64,000 nucleotides of DNA, taken from assembly GCF_018977255.1 (NCBI RefSeq), contig NW_024704744.1, positions 21,824,001-21,888,000 on the forward strand, read 5' to 3'. A program made the translations under genes and the position numbers. Positions 22,171 to 33,990 of the stretch are shown here, piece after piece. The notes below the pieces were generated by a model, which saw nothing but the letters and a program-made list of their open reading frames with translations, searched no databases and was not told the origin of the DNA. Source of the DNA: Callorhinchus milii. Taxonomy: Eukaryota. The first letter of the stretch is position 1, and every line of letters starts with the position of its first letter.

Positions 22171-22404
22171 AAGTCTCAGTGCCTAGCAGAAATTTTCATC
22201 TCCCCTTAGGAAGTGTAAGCATCCTCTGTACACTAAGAAAATGTAGAGAACAATCACAATGATAAAAATAATCCTTTCAGTATATTTTGTAACAAAAACA
22301 ACTTCCAAAAGCTGTTGCTATTCCTGAACTGTTCATTCTATTAATTAATTAAATTATATTCTTTAAGGAAGATCAACTATTTTGTCACTGTTATCTAAAA
22401 TTTA

Positions 22405-22838
22405 CATTACAATAACAATAATCTTTGTATTTAACATAGCACCTTACCATGGCATTGAGATGTCTCAAGGGCTTCACAGGATATAATGTAGAGTGATGTG
22501 ACTGCTTATATTTTGTGGACAAATGCGGCAGCCAATTTGCACACAGCCATGTCCCACAACAGCCATGGAGTGAGTGATCAATTTTATTTGTGGGAATTGT
22601 TGGCAAGAACACAGGAAATATCTCCCCTTCTCTTTTCAAATGTTGCCAAGGGATCTTTAATGTACACTTGGACAAGCATACAGTATCTTGGCTTAACATC
22701 TCTTCCAATGATGGCACCTCTGACAGTGCACACACCTCTAGCAAGTATCATCTTAGACTGAATGGGTTCCAGGATACGACATGGGTCTTGAATCCACAAA
22801 CATTTAACTCAGAGGCAAGAGTTCTACCGACTGAGCCC
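22405..22838 (-). mobile_element. Full-length old Deu-domain SINE (SacSINE1/AmnSINE1-type core)
   Basis: The minus strand gives head GGCTCAGTCGGTAGAACTCTTGCCTCTGAG, core GAGGTGCC...ATTAAAGATCCC and the L2-type tail. A plus-strand Deu fragment follows at about 22850-22985. Confidence 0.85.
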
Positions 22839-24061
22839 ATTAAAGCCCACTGAAGATCCCACGACACTATTTCAAAAATGCAGTTATCCTTGTCTCCTAG
22901 CCAAATATTCCTCCCCTCACCCAAACTAATATCATTATTGGTTGTAGGACATTGCTAGTACAGATTACCTGCCACATTAGCCTAAATATGATATGTGAGA
23001 AGAGTCAATTCTGTAGTATTTCTTCATTAAGAAGTTCAAGTAGGGATTCCTTCTAGTAGCTGGATGTATGTCACGCTTAATTATCCAGTGGCTTGGGACG
23101 TCCTTCCAAAGTGAAAGGAATTTTGTTGTTATTGCTTGTTGTCAATCAAAAGGAAATTGAAAAAAACAAACAGCTGCGTTGCAGTGTGCTGGCATGCCAG
23201 ATTTTTAGTTTACTGTATTAAAGATCTGTTATGAAATACAGTAAAATCCATCTCTGTGTGAAATACCAGTTTGGTTACAAGTAACAAAAATGTATGAAAA
23301 CCTATTCCCCTGATTATTTTAGAAATCCTTACAGCTGGGATCAAGTGCACTGTGCGGGCATTCATCTGGCACCGAGATAATATAGAGTTGTTAATATTGG
23401 GACTGAAACCTGTGTTGCCTTTTGGAGGGGTTGAATATTTGTGATTTTCTACTTGTTTTTGACACACCTTGGAGAATTGGGTTAAGACTCTGGAACTTAC
23501 ACTTGAGAACATTTTGTAACTGAACTAATCCAGACTGGGGAAGCAAAACAAATCCTATTACAAAGGGCTGTATAAACATCAACCTAATTAAGATAAGGCT
23601 GTTGTGGAAATTATACTGGAGTACTGAATTTAACATTATCCCATTCATTCACAAAGTTATGATAATTTCAGTAGTGTTTTTATTGCATCTATTTTCTGTA
23701 ATAAAGTACGCTTTCAAAGCTACAATTTAGAAATTAAAAATGCCAATCTATGATACATTAACTGCTATAGCATTGAAGATAATCAAATCTTTGTACATAA
23801 ATGTGGTCAATGAGGCCAGCTCATGACAAAAGACAGGGGACAGATAAAATCCCCTGGCCTGACCCCATCACAATAGTTGGACCAAAAGTTGCACAAAGAG
23901 TCCATTGGATTTATTGAATTTGCTGGCATTTTTATTACTAGTAAGTGGGATACCACCTGAACTCAACATTAAAATAATCAGGGGTATCCTGAGAATCCGC
24001 ATTCCACTGTTTTGATCTGCAGCTGATGAGTCCAATTGCTGCTACCTACATGTTATTTCTC

Positions 24062-24520
24062 AATAATATTAATAATCCTTTCATTTGATATAGTGCCTTA
24101 TCACATAATCGAGACATCTCAAAGCACTTCATAGAATATACTGTAAAGTGATTTGACTTTTTATTTTGTGTAGAAACACGCCAGCCAGTTGCACATAGCA
24201 ACGACCCACAAACAGCCATGGAGTGAGTGATCAATTTTATTTGGGGGAATTGTTCGCAAAGACATTGGGAGAAATTCCATTCTTTGTTCGAAACTAATGC
24301 TTTTAACGTTCACCTGAACAGGCAGACAAGACCTCGGTTTAATATCTCATCCGAAGGACAGCACCTCCGACAATGCAAGCCCCACACCCACCTCCCCTTG
24401 CAGCATTGCATTGGAGTGTCAGTTTCCTTAAACTATGTGATTTCAAGTGCTGACATGAGCTTGACTCCATAACTCTCTGACTCAAAGGTGAGAGTGCTAC
24501 CATTGAGCCAAGTTGACAGT
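24062..24520 (-). mobile_element. Full-length old Deu-domain SINE
   Basis: ACCTCGGTTTAATATCTCATCCGAAGGACAGCACCTCCGACA core, with head at 24460-24515. Confidence 0.85.
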
Positions 24521-27414
24521 GTCAGGAGTTTCTCTTGCCAACAGGATGGGCTCCAAGTTGAGGATTCTATCCAAATTCCAAAAAAGGTGGTAAAAGTACA
24601 GCCCAAGGGGCCTGCCATATTTTATTCTTTCTTATATTCTCTACCTGACGTCTCTTTATGATGACATCAACAACTGAGCTCATGGAGCATTGTAGGTGTG
24701 TACGCATGTCAAACCACCCCACTATACACACTAATTCACCCATGTGGCTTTTATGGTAACATATCCTATAATCTGTTCATTTAACGTTGCTTGAGGCATA
24801 TTCCCTGTAAGAATACCAACAACATCACCCTGGACTTCGTTACCAATTGCAGATAATTTAAGAATCTGGGTATCATGATTTTAATTAATATTGATTTCCT
24901 TGCTTAAAATGGTACAATTACCAGTTACTGATCTTATCTGCACTTCAAAAATGGCTCGACTGATATCATGTGACTTTGAATACCAGTAGACTGGAGCTAA
25001 TCTGATTTTTTCCTGGACATTGGTTTACTCGGGCCCCCTTACAAATAGGGATCAAAGCCCTTTTCTCTTTTTCAATGTCTACTGGGAACCTAAGTGTGGC
25101 TGCGTTGCTGGGGGTTAGATTCAATCAAGTCCTCTGCTTGTGCCTATCACACGTTACTTTGTTTATCAGGTTGTGTGATCCTTAGTGTTAGATAATACGT
25201 CATATCCTCAGTGGTAGCATGTGGACAATGAAGCAGATAATTGTTTCCATCAACTTTACCTGTTCTAATCGAAAGTAGGTTTGGATATTGATTTCAAAAG
25301 CAAAGCAGTCTGAACATAAGTGGCAAAATGGAATACATTTCAGACTACTGCTATTGTATGTCAATCTTTCTGATTTCTGGTCAATAATAATAGTATGATT
25401 GAACTGACTGAGATCGAATAGAAGTAGAACTAGATACACATACAGTGAACTCCTGATAACTCGTCATTCCAAGGGAAAAGGGTTCAGTGACAAGTGATCC
25501 AGAGTGGCGAGTTAGGCGTATGTATAAATTCATAAATAAATTTGGCTGGAATATGGAGAGCATGATAACCTAAGTGGTAGTGACAAATTAAGCCAGGGTT
25601 AAGTTATCAGTTATCAGTATATAAATAGCCCACACGTTTGGTCATCCCCCCTTCAGCTCCCCGCTCCCTCCACTCAGATGTCCAGCCAGCTGTGTAAACT
25701 GCTTTGAGGTGTCCTCCAACGTGAAAAGGCCCCATATAAATGTGTATACTATTATACTTCAAGAACTAAATATACAGCTTTGTTGTCTTTTTAGATGTAA
25801 TGTTAAGCTCAGGTCCAGGACTGTTCAGGTGATACAGGTCGATATTACAGATGTTATGACAACATTTCAAAGAAAAGCAGTGTTGCCCAGATGTTCTGGC
25901 CACTCCTCCTGTCATCTCAACTCCGCTCCTCCCAGAACAGTTTAACAGATTTATAATTTTATTGATGCACTTGGGACATTGCTGGTGTTGATTAGGTGTT
26001 GTGTTTGCCTACAAAACAATCCCTACAGTTTTTAAAAAATCATTATTTCAAGGCATTATATTAAGTAGACATATTGCTTTTACTACCAGAAAAAAAGAAA
26101 ACTAGCAAAAAAGTAGTGAAAAATGGAAACTTAAAATATATCTTCTTTAGTGTTTTCAAATTTCTGTTCTAAGCACAGTTGATTTCCATTCAGTTCAAGC
26201 CTGATAATTTCTTCCCTAAAAAGCATTTGAGATCATATCTCCTCACAACCAATAAATCACTCTCTGTAATAGAGTCAATGGCATTTAGTATGTCTTGGTA
26301 AGACATGACAGAACTTGTTAAAAAATTTGTAGAGTTATTTAAAATACTGGACTTCCTCTATGTTCTCTGTGAGATGCTGTCAAAGTTACACCTTGCTTTC
26401 TAAATTGAAAGGATTAAGAAAACTGAAGTAAACACAAGTAACAGGATTTCAGAGTAATTAGGGAATAAAATACATGAGCCTGACTCGCAAAGACTCACTG
26501 ACTAGCAAAACAATGTAACCCATAGAGCGCACCCTTTTAGAGCACATAGGTTTCAGTGTGGACAACAGTGACATTTTTATTAAAACTAAAACAGCGTGGT
26601 CTGTATTAGCAGACAATAAACTTGGAAAATACTTTTGCATATACATGTATCTGTTCAGCGATCCAGTGAAATGGTTCTGAAATAGGTCATCATTCCTAGA
26701 ACATAAATGAGAACTCAGGACCTGCTGAATCTGTTTCACATCAGTGAGATCAGTTATTAGCAAATTTAATACTGCTTCAACTGGTTCATAAACAGTAGTT
26801 TGAGCTGCTCTACCTTTCATGTTGGTTACTCTGGAGGTAACTGTAAACTCTGTTAGTTGTGCATTTCTATTTTGTTTAACTCTGACCATTTATAAAGTAG
26901 AATAAACAGTGAGTGTGTAATTTCCCAGTGATCCACTGTTGATTATCACTTAATAAAATTGCAATGGTTCTGTCATGCCCATTAATCCTTCAGTGTGAGC
27001 TCACTGTGTCCCAGCTCTCAGGAGAAAACAGGAACCCCAGCAGAATAAAACAACCCCATAAATTTAACAGTGTATCTAACAAAAACTATAGGTACCCTGG
27101 AGGCATTTGAAGGCTGTAATCTCATCTCACTGCTCAAATGATGCTTATAAACCTCTCAAGTGCTGTATTCTTGCAATAAGTGATGTCATATCATCTTCTG
27201 GGACCATGATTAGAAGGGACGAAGGGCTTTCTGGTCATTATTATCTTTTGAAATGATAGCAAAGCCCCAAAGCAGGTTAAAATATGGCATATAAGTGTAC
27301 ATAAAGCGCTCCTTCATCGTTCTGATCTCCTGGGAATGCAGCAGAGGGTATTCCTTCAGCCCATTTATGAAGTCATAGAGGATCAAGGATGCATCCAGGA
27401 TGCTCAGTAACAGG

Positions 27415-27588
27415 ACGAAAAATACTGAAGATGCTGGAAATCTGAAACAAAAACAGAAGTCACTGGGAACACTCAGCAGGTCAGACAGCATCTATGAAGA
27501 AAGAAAAGTGAGTCAATGTTTTGGGTCCACGACCCTTCGTCAGAACTGACACTGAACAGGACCTGAAAAGATGCTGGCTGACCTGCTG
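27415..27588. mobile_element. Penelope-like element terminal repeat fragment with inverted arm
   Basis: AAAATACTGAAGATGCTGGAAATCTGAAACAAAAACAG...CTCAGCAGGTCAGACAGCATCT resembles the shark Penelope-type terminus as I recall it. A 20 bp inverted repeat lies at 27474-27493 and 27569-27588. Confidence 0.7.
27512..27547 (-). ncRNA. Decayed minimal type I hammerhead ribozyme motif
   Basis: Minus strand: AGUU-CUGACGA-A-GGGUC-GUG-GACCC-AAAAC-AUU-GAC. The GAAA box reads AAAA. Confidence 0.55.
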
Positions 27589-27730
27589 TATATAGCACGC
27601 TTCACGCAGTGGGAAGCTAGTCAGACAGTGCACACAATGTCAAGCTACATAACTGTAACTGGTTAACAACACAACAACTTGCATTTATATAGCACCCTTC
27701 ACACAGGATAGTGTCTCAGAGTGCTAAAAC

Positions 27731-27990
27731 TTCAGCAGTTCCCAAACGTACACCATAGGGCTCCCAAGTCTTAGTTGCTGCCAACCTGCTCCAGAATTAA
27801 ATAAGCAGGATGTGTACCTCCAGGCAGAGAGAGTGGGCCCTTCATTCCAGGCAAATGGAAAATTTCCAAGTGTAGGTGACATACATATGTGGAATTCTCA
27901 GTCTGGTTTGGATTTTCTGAAGCACGACGACGGGTTTCTGCATGCACCAGACTCACTCCCATCCGATCAAAAACAAATCCTCCTCAGTAA
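27731..27990. mobile_element. Element X terminal arm (right-arm orientation)
   Basis: GTGGAATTCTCAGTCTGGTTTGGA...AAGCACG, the reverse complement of 28915-29160. Confidence 0.7.
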
Positions 27991-28493
27991 TATTGCTACT
28001 TTTCAATTACTCCCAGCTATTCACTAATCTCTTATTTTCTTTTGATTTTTATTCTTCAAATCATGTGTTTAATCACGTTGATTACAGTTAAGATTACACA
28101 GGTCTGAGGTCAGACTGTTGCAGACTACAATGTGAACTGCATTTCAGTTACACTCAGAGCTAGTAGTGCTTCCTTTCATATACCTTGGCACTATACTGCA
28201 GTTGATTTGTTACTTCATTAATTCTTCTCTTATTTTAATTTTGAAATTCTAGCATCCAGAGGTGATACACCTATGTCACTAAATTATTTAAAAGTCAAGT
28301 CGTTTTATATGTCATGGGCAACTCAATTGGTGGAACACCATAACAAGACTTTTCAGGCTAGTTCTATACTCAATTACTGTGAGTTCAATCTGTCCTTCAC
28401 CCTTTCAAAACTGAAAAGTAACCAGGCAGGTCTGCAGTAATTCAAGGCATTGTTGACACTGTCTGTACATCAATGAGATGTGCTGTACATGTG

Positions 28494-28712
28494 TGGGGAG
28501 AAATTCCACCTACATGTAGATTTATTCTATTTGGCATCCAAAATTTGGCAAATTGTTAAATTGATTCAGAAATTTGAAGTTAGCTTTTCTGTAGTTCTTA
28601 AAAGAAGTTACGGAAAACCAGCTTAAAAATTAATGATGCATTTAAAAACTTACCAAATTCCGGGTGCTCTGAAACTCTGCGTAAATCTAGACCCAGATGG
28701 AATCTTTCTCCA
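28494..28712. mobile_element. Palindromic MITE (~220 bp) with possible GTG target-site duplication
   Basis: Ends TGGGGAGAAATTCCA and TGGAATCTTTCTCCA; the arms pair imperfectly inward to a centre near 28600; GTG on both flanks. Confidence 0.6.
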
Positions 28713-28914
28713 GTGACCTCAAACCTCTAAGTCAAATTCCTATCTAGCAAGCAGGACATGTACTCTGCAGTTATCATTTACTGTTTTTACCATTAATAAG
28801 AGTGAGCATTTTTCAATGCTCTCTTGTTGGGAAGTGCATATGCTTGGATAACAGGACAGTATAACTTGGTTGTAATTCCTCTCTTTGTTCTCATTGTTCA
28901 TTAACCTTTTATCA

Positions 28915-29460
28915 ATTTTTGGGGGTCAGCTGGGAACCCTTCACCATGCTTAAGAGTATCCAGATCATACTAAGAATTCCATGCATCCCACCTACACATG
29001 TAAATTCCAGAGATAGATTGTTGGAATACAATGTGCATTCTTTCCCTGGAGGGTCGCATCCTGGTTACCCTATTCTGGAAAGTATTCAGTGCAAGTTGGC
29101 AAGGACGAAGGCTTGGGGAACCCCAGAGCATGTTTTGGGATACTGCTGGAGTCTAACCAGCTAAAACTGCATAATTTGCAATTGATATTGTTCTGTGGTA
29201 AGCTTTCTCACTGCTTGTCCAGTTAGGTCCATCCTACCAGTTAGGGATTTGGCTTGCAGGATTAACATGAGTTGAGTGGGATGGCCCCCTGCCCTCAGGG
29301 ACTGGTCTGCCCTTCCAGGTCCTGCTGATGAGCCAGCAGTGCCCGTAAATACTGCGGACCTGCCTGGCTCAGGAACCGGACTACCAAGACCGCAGAGGGC
29401 TGGCTCGATTCTGACATTCCATTCCATTCCCAAGCATGTTACCTCCACTCCAAGGATGAA
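28915..29460. mobile_element. Element X, left arm plus internal part, uninterrupted
   Basis: CACCATGCTTAAGAGTATCC...AAGAATTCCA arm runs into CTTGTCCAGTTAGGTCCATCCTACCAGTTAGGGATTTGGCTTG. Confidence 0.7.
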
Positions 29461-30949
29461 ATGTTATCATTCATTGTCAAGGTCGACATATAATGGCCAT
29501 TTAGGCAATGTATTGAAGGACTATTGATGCCCATGGTACTTCAGCCTATCAGCCTTGAGAGAGAAGAGAGAGAGTAATAGATGTAGTAGAAATGTAGTAG
29601 AAAAATTTAAACAAATCTGTCTCTTTAAAGTTAATACAAATAGCCCCTTTTCACCCAAAATGTAAAAACCCCAAATATTTGGGAATTCATGCTGGAGAGA
29701 AATCTCTGGATGTGAAAGGGTTAATTTTCTTTATTTTAAAGAACTCTTTCTGCACATGCATAAATGTTCAAAATTGTATTGTGCTGCTGAAAGTGAATGA
29801 GAAAATTTGTTTGCCCTGGTGCTTAAACCATTAAACGTGAAACTGGAGGACCCTGGAATTAACAGGAGGACTATAAAAACTACGGAACCCAAAGTATATT
29901 TGCCAAAATGCTGCCCAAACCCAGTTGGAGCTGAACACAGTTCAATGCACTGGCAAGAGCTTTATGTGGCCCCTTCCTTAGTGAGTCATATGGTCTTTCT
30001 CGTCAATCAGAGTTTGCTTTTTCTTCTTGTGAATACAGGGTGGGATATTCCAATTATATGATAATGGTATTTAAATACCTCCTTGATGGCATCCAACTGG
30101 CTGATGATAATAATGGCATAATGTGATCATTAAACACTGGATTGGGTAAGTAGCTTTGCTGGTGGTGGGCCAAGACAAAAATTTAAAATGTAGCAATTTT
30201 TTTTCAGAAGGGAATTAAAGGACAAGAACACTTAAGTTTTTCCATGTTACCTTTGGAAATGTCTGTGTCTAAATATGGTTAAATTGACATATGGCATATG
30301 TCCTCATGAAAATGATTGCAGGCATCTGCAAGCACAAGGGCTTTGGAATACAACATATGCCCTTAAATAGAAGGGAGTCAAGGTTACCACCACAGGGCTT
30401 GTACAGATGCAACTATGCAAATACAGTAGAGTACATAAAACATATCAATTGTGTGTAAGGGACACAATGCGTGCCCTGCCTGCCCTTGCCCCATAATTGC
30501 ACACTCTTACTTTTACATCAGTAATCTCCAGTCTGTATCCTTGAGCACAAATTGTACCCGGGTGATTTTATCTACCATCCGTGCTTTAATCTGCAAGTTG
30601 CCTTTCTTTAGCTAAAGAATCTGGAAAGTGAAATCTGTCTACTTTTGCAGTTCTGATTCTCTACCAACACACTAATAAATTATATAATACAATTTACATA
30701 GCACTTTTCAAGTAAGGAGGATATTTTAATGCCCTTAAGAGATTAAATACATGCATTTAGAGATTAAATATATGCATTGAGTTCATATTATGAAGACTGG
30801 TTGTAAGTGATTCCAGTCCTGTGAATGGGCTAATTGAAAATCCATAACAAGACTTTACTGAGGCAAATGGTCGATCATCAGACTAGGGAAGATGCTCTCC
30901 CTTATTCATCTGCGTGATTCCATGCTCTCCTTTTCCTGGTCTCTCATTG

Positions 30950-31150
30950 CGGAAAACTATCACCATGCTTAAGAGTTTCCATCCAAAGTAAGAATTCCAC
31001 GCATCCCAGCTACACATGGAAATTCCAGAGATAGATTGTTGGAATGGAATGCGCACTCTCTCCCTGAAGGGATGCATCCCGCTTATTTAATTCCGGAAAG
31101 TATTAGGTGCAGGTTGTCAGGAATCAAGCTTCAGGACCCAGGAATGTGTG
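30950..31150. mobile_element. Element X left arm
   Basis: CACCATGCTTAAGAG...CTACACATGGAAATTCCAGAGATAGATTGTTGGAAT is nearly identical to 28942-29030. Confidence 0.75.
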
Positions 31151-31299
31151 TAATAAACTCATTATCAATACAAGAAGAAGCTCCCCCAAAATGTCTTTCC
31201 CAAAAAACAGCCTGCATATTGAGGTCTAAAATGTGGGTTTGGCCAAAGTGCAAGTGCAAAGATATTTTTTAAATGATTTATAGTTGATTCTGCAATCCA

Positions 31300-31735
31300 T
31301 TCAGCTGGCTCCAGGCTCCTGTTTGTTGCTCATCCCCTCCGCTCCACCATCGGTGGCCGTGCATTCAGCCACTATGTTCCGAAACTCTGGAACTCTCTCC
31401 CTCAATCCCTCCGCCTTGTCCCCTCCATCCCCACTTTCAAATCCCACCTAAAGACCATTCTTTTTGATAAATGCAAGTTGTTATTGTTAATTCCATAATA
31501 CCTCATTCAATACCATTAAAAAATACTCGACCTAAAGGGTTCTCTCCTTCCTTCACCTCTTTCAAGCTCTGTCTCAAGACCTACCACTTTTACTGCACCT
31601 TCGGTCATCTCTCCTCTCCCATTCCCCCTTGGCTCCCACCCCCAACTCAGGTGCCATGTCAGGACTGTTAAGCACTTTGTAATATCCTCCCAATGCGAAA
31701 AACGTGATATAGATGAAAATTTGTATTGCGTTGTA
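31300..31735 (+). mobile_element. Two adjacent L2 3' fragments
   Basis: CCACCATCGGTGGCCGTGCATTCAGC...CTCTGGAACTCTCTCCC (31300-31490) and TTCAAGCTCTGTCTCAAGACC...tail (31545-31735). Confidence 0.75.
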
Positions 31736-31784
31736 ACACTTTGTTACAGTCTGAAACCTGAAGTTCACAAACCTGAAGGTGAAT

Positions 31785-31930
31785 AGATACTTCACATTTA
31801 ATTATTTTAAAAAGCTGGTAACTGTGTGGAATGGATTATCCAGGGAGGTGGTGGAGGCAGGTTGTGTGAACAAATTCAAGAAGGAATTGAATAGCTATTT
31901 GATGAAGAAACCAATTGAGGTGTATGAGCC
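31785..31930 (+). mobile_element. CR1 fragment
   Basis: VTVWNGLSREVVEAGCVNKFKKELNSYL within ORF 31779..32000. Confidence 0.8.
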
Positions 31931-32180
31931 AATGCAGAATTATTTTTCTTGTTACTTTGGGACTGGCCAGATGGTCATTCCAATATTTTTTTCCGGTTGA
32001 GTACATTCCTATGTTCCTATGTAGAAACTCCACAACATCCTCCAAAAATAAAGACCGAAGCCTTACATTGACTCTAAGGTCTCAGCACAGCAGCATCCAC
32101 TCATAATTTGTTCATTCTCTGCTCCCCTTCTGGTGGCTTGCCAGCACAGCTATATTATCGTAACTGTACCACACATGTGG

Positions 32181-32794
32181 CTGAGCAGCTCTGAACCAGT
32201 ACATGTACAGATTTCTTCCTCGCATATTGCAGAGAAGCACATTTCAGAGATAAATTTCTGACTGATATTGTTTTCTCTGCTACTCTTTGTGGTGTATAAA
32301 CTCTGGGCACTGAGTCTTCTCGACAAATTTGTATTTCTGTAGCACGTTTCACATCAGGAGGACACCCCAACATGCTTACAGGTGTCTGTCATTTATTACA
32401 TTTGCCCCATAGTTAAAATGTAATTGGAAATTATAAAAGTTATGGCATAGAAAGAGGTCATTTGTTGCATCAGATAGAGATTGGGCATAGTTAATCTTGT
32501 AACAAAGAATGAGAAATGGGCTTGATGGTGCTTCTTATTTCCTAGTGGGCTGTACATATGGATGTGCCTATGATCACCTTCCCTTTCTTCTCGGCTTTCC
32601 GTCAAACTATATATTGTTCAGTGCTCCGAGAAACTACCCTCCCACATTGAAGAGAAGCACACTTCAGAGATACAGTTCAGAATTAGGTCACAGAATTACA
32701 GCACAGAATAGGTCAACAATGTATGTCACTCTGGGGGAAGAGGGCACTCCAGATAAAGGGAAACCAGTACATGTACTGGTTCAGAGCTGCTCAG
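32181..32794. repeat. Perfect 28 bp inverted repeat enclosing a direct repeat
   Basis: CTGAGCAGCTCTGAACCAGTACATGTAC at 32181-32208 and its reverse complement at 32767-32794. Confidence 0.9.
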
Positions 32795-33349
32795 TCTGGT
32801 TTGGACATACTTAATGGCAATGCATTTCCACATGTGTCAGACACCTGGCTGTCCAATTTTCTTTTAAAAATTCAAAGCAAAAATAGTTTCAATACTTCGA
32901 ATATGAAGTGATAACATTTCCATTAAATATAAAAGAACATATTCATGCAAGTAAGATTGTTACATGTGTTGTAAATTAATTGTGTTTGTTTTTTCTCTTT
33001 CTTGGAAATGACGTATTTATAAAGGAAGAAATTCTATTCTCTTGCCAGAACAACTTTGTTGGTTATGCAATAAAAGATGCAAAAAATGTCCTTAGCACTC
33101 TCTACCTTATCATGGCCTGACCCCTTTCCCCCAACCTTTTCCTAAATGAATGTGAAGCACAGTGTTGGGTTACCAATAGCTCTCAATCATATTATATGAT
33201 TATCACTGCAATAATTATGCCCAATGTGTGTCAGATTAGCTCAATTTGTTCATCAGTGAAGTTGGAATCAGAATGCTTGTATGAACTGAGACCACTACTT
33301 CTGTAATAATCTATTTCTCTCTCTTCTCTCCCTTTTCCAACAAAAAAGG

Positions 33350-33990
33350 GCATAGTTAGCCACTGAAAGCATTGCCTTGCAAGGTGTGTGTAGGATCACA
33401 CTACCCATTAGGGTTTGGGATAACAGGATTAACAGGAGCCAAGTGGGAAGAATCCCTCCCCTAGTGACTAGATTCCCACTCCACATATTGCTGATGAGCC
33501 AGGCTGACTGTTCTGTCATCACCAGTTCCTTGGAATACTGTGGGCCTGCCAAGGCCACCACAATAGATTCCAACCTTCCACTGCCAAGCAGGTCACCTTT
33601 GAGCCAGTTCAGCTCCAAGTAGACCCTGCTTAGCTCCTCCCCAAGGAGGATAGTCATTAGATGTTCATTTGACATTTGACAAATATAGATTTGAGCCCTC
33701 ACTAGGTGCATGAGAGTATTGTCAACATCTTCCTACCCTCTCTGCATACCAAACAAGGTGGATTCCAAGTCCTGAATATCTCAATGCATATTTTGCAGTC
33801 CCCAAACCTTCGCTCTCACGAAACTGTAGGGTAAGCAGGGTATATCCCTTCAAGAAAACACTTTGCTTTCCAGACACAGGAACATTTCCATGTTTAGGTG
33901 GCATACACGTGTAGAACTCTCATTCTGGATTGGATACTGTTAAGCACAGTGATATGTTTCCCCATGTGTTAGACACCTGGCTGACGGAAA
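33350..33990. mobile_element. Element X internal part plus right arm
   Basis: CTACCCATTAGGG...GCTGATGAGCCAG internal segment, then an arm ending CATGTGTTAGACACCTGGCTGAC. Confidence 0.65.

Noticed and set aside
26458-26889. 143 aa ORF in unique sequence
   Set aside because: No recognisable domain or convincing splice sites; expected by chance.
29322-29380. CTGATGAG followed by a stem in element X, as a second hammerhead
   Set aside because: No GAAA box follows the stem, and the arrangement is not kept in the other copies.
32120-32138. CTCF-like motif (also at about 7604-7622)
   Set aside because: An indel or mismatches fall at core positions; not supportable without scoring.
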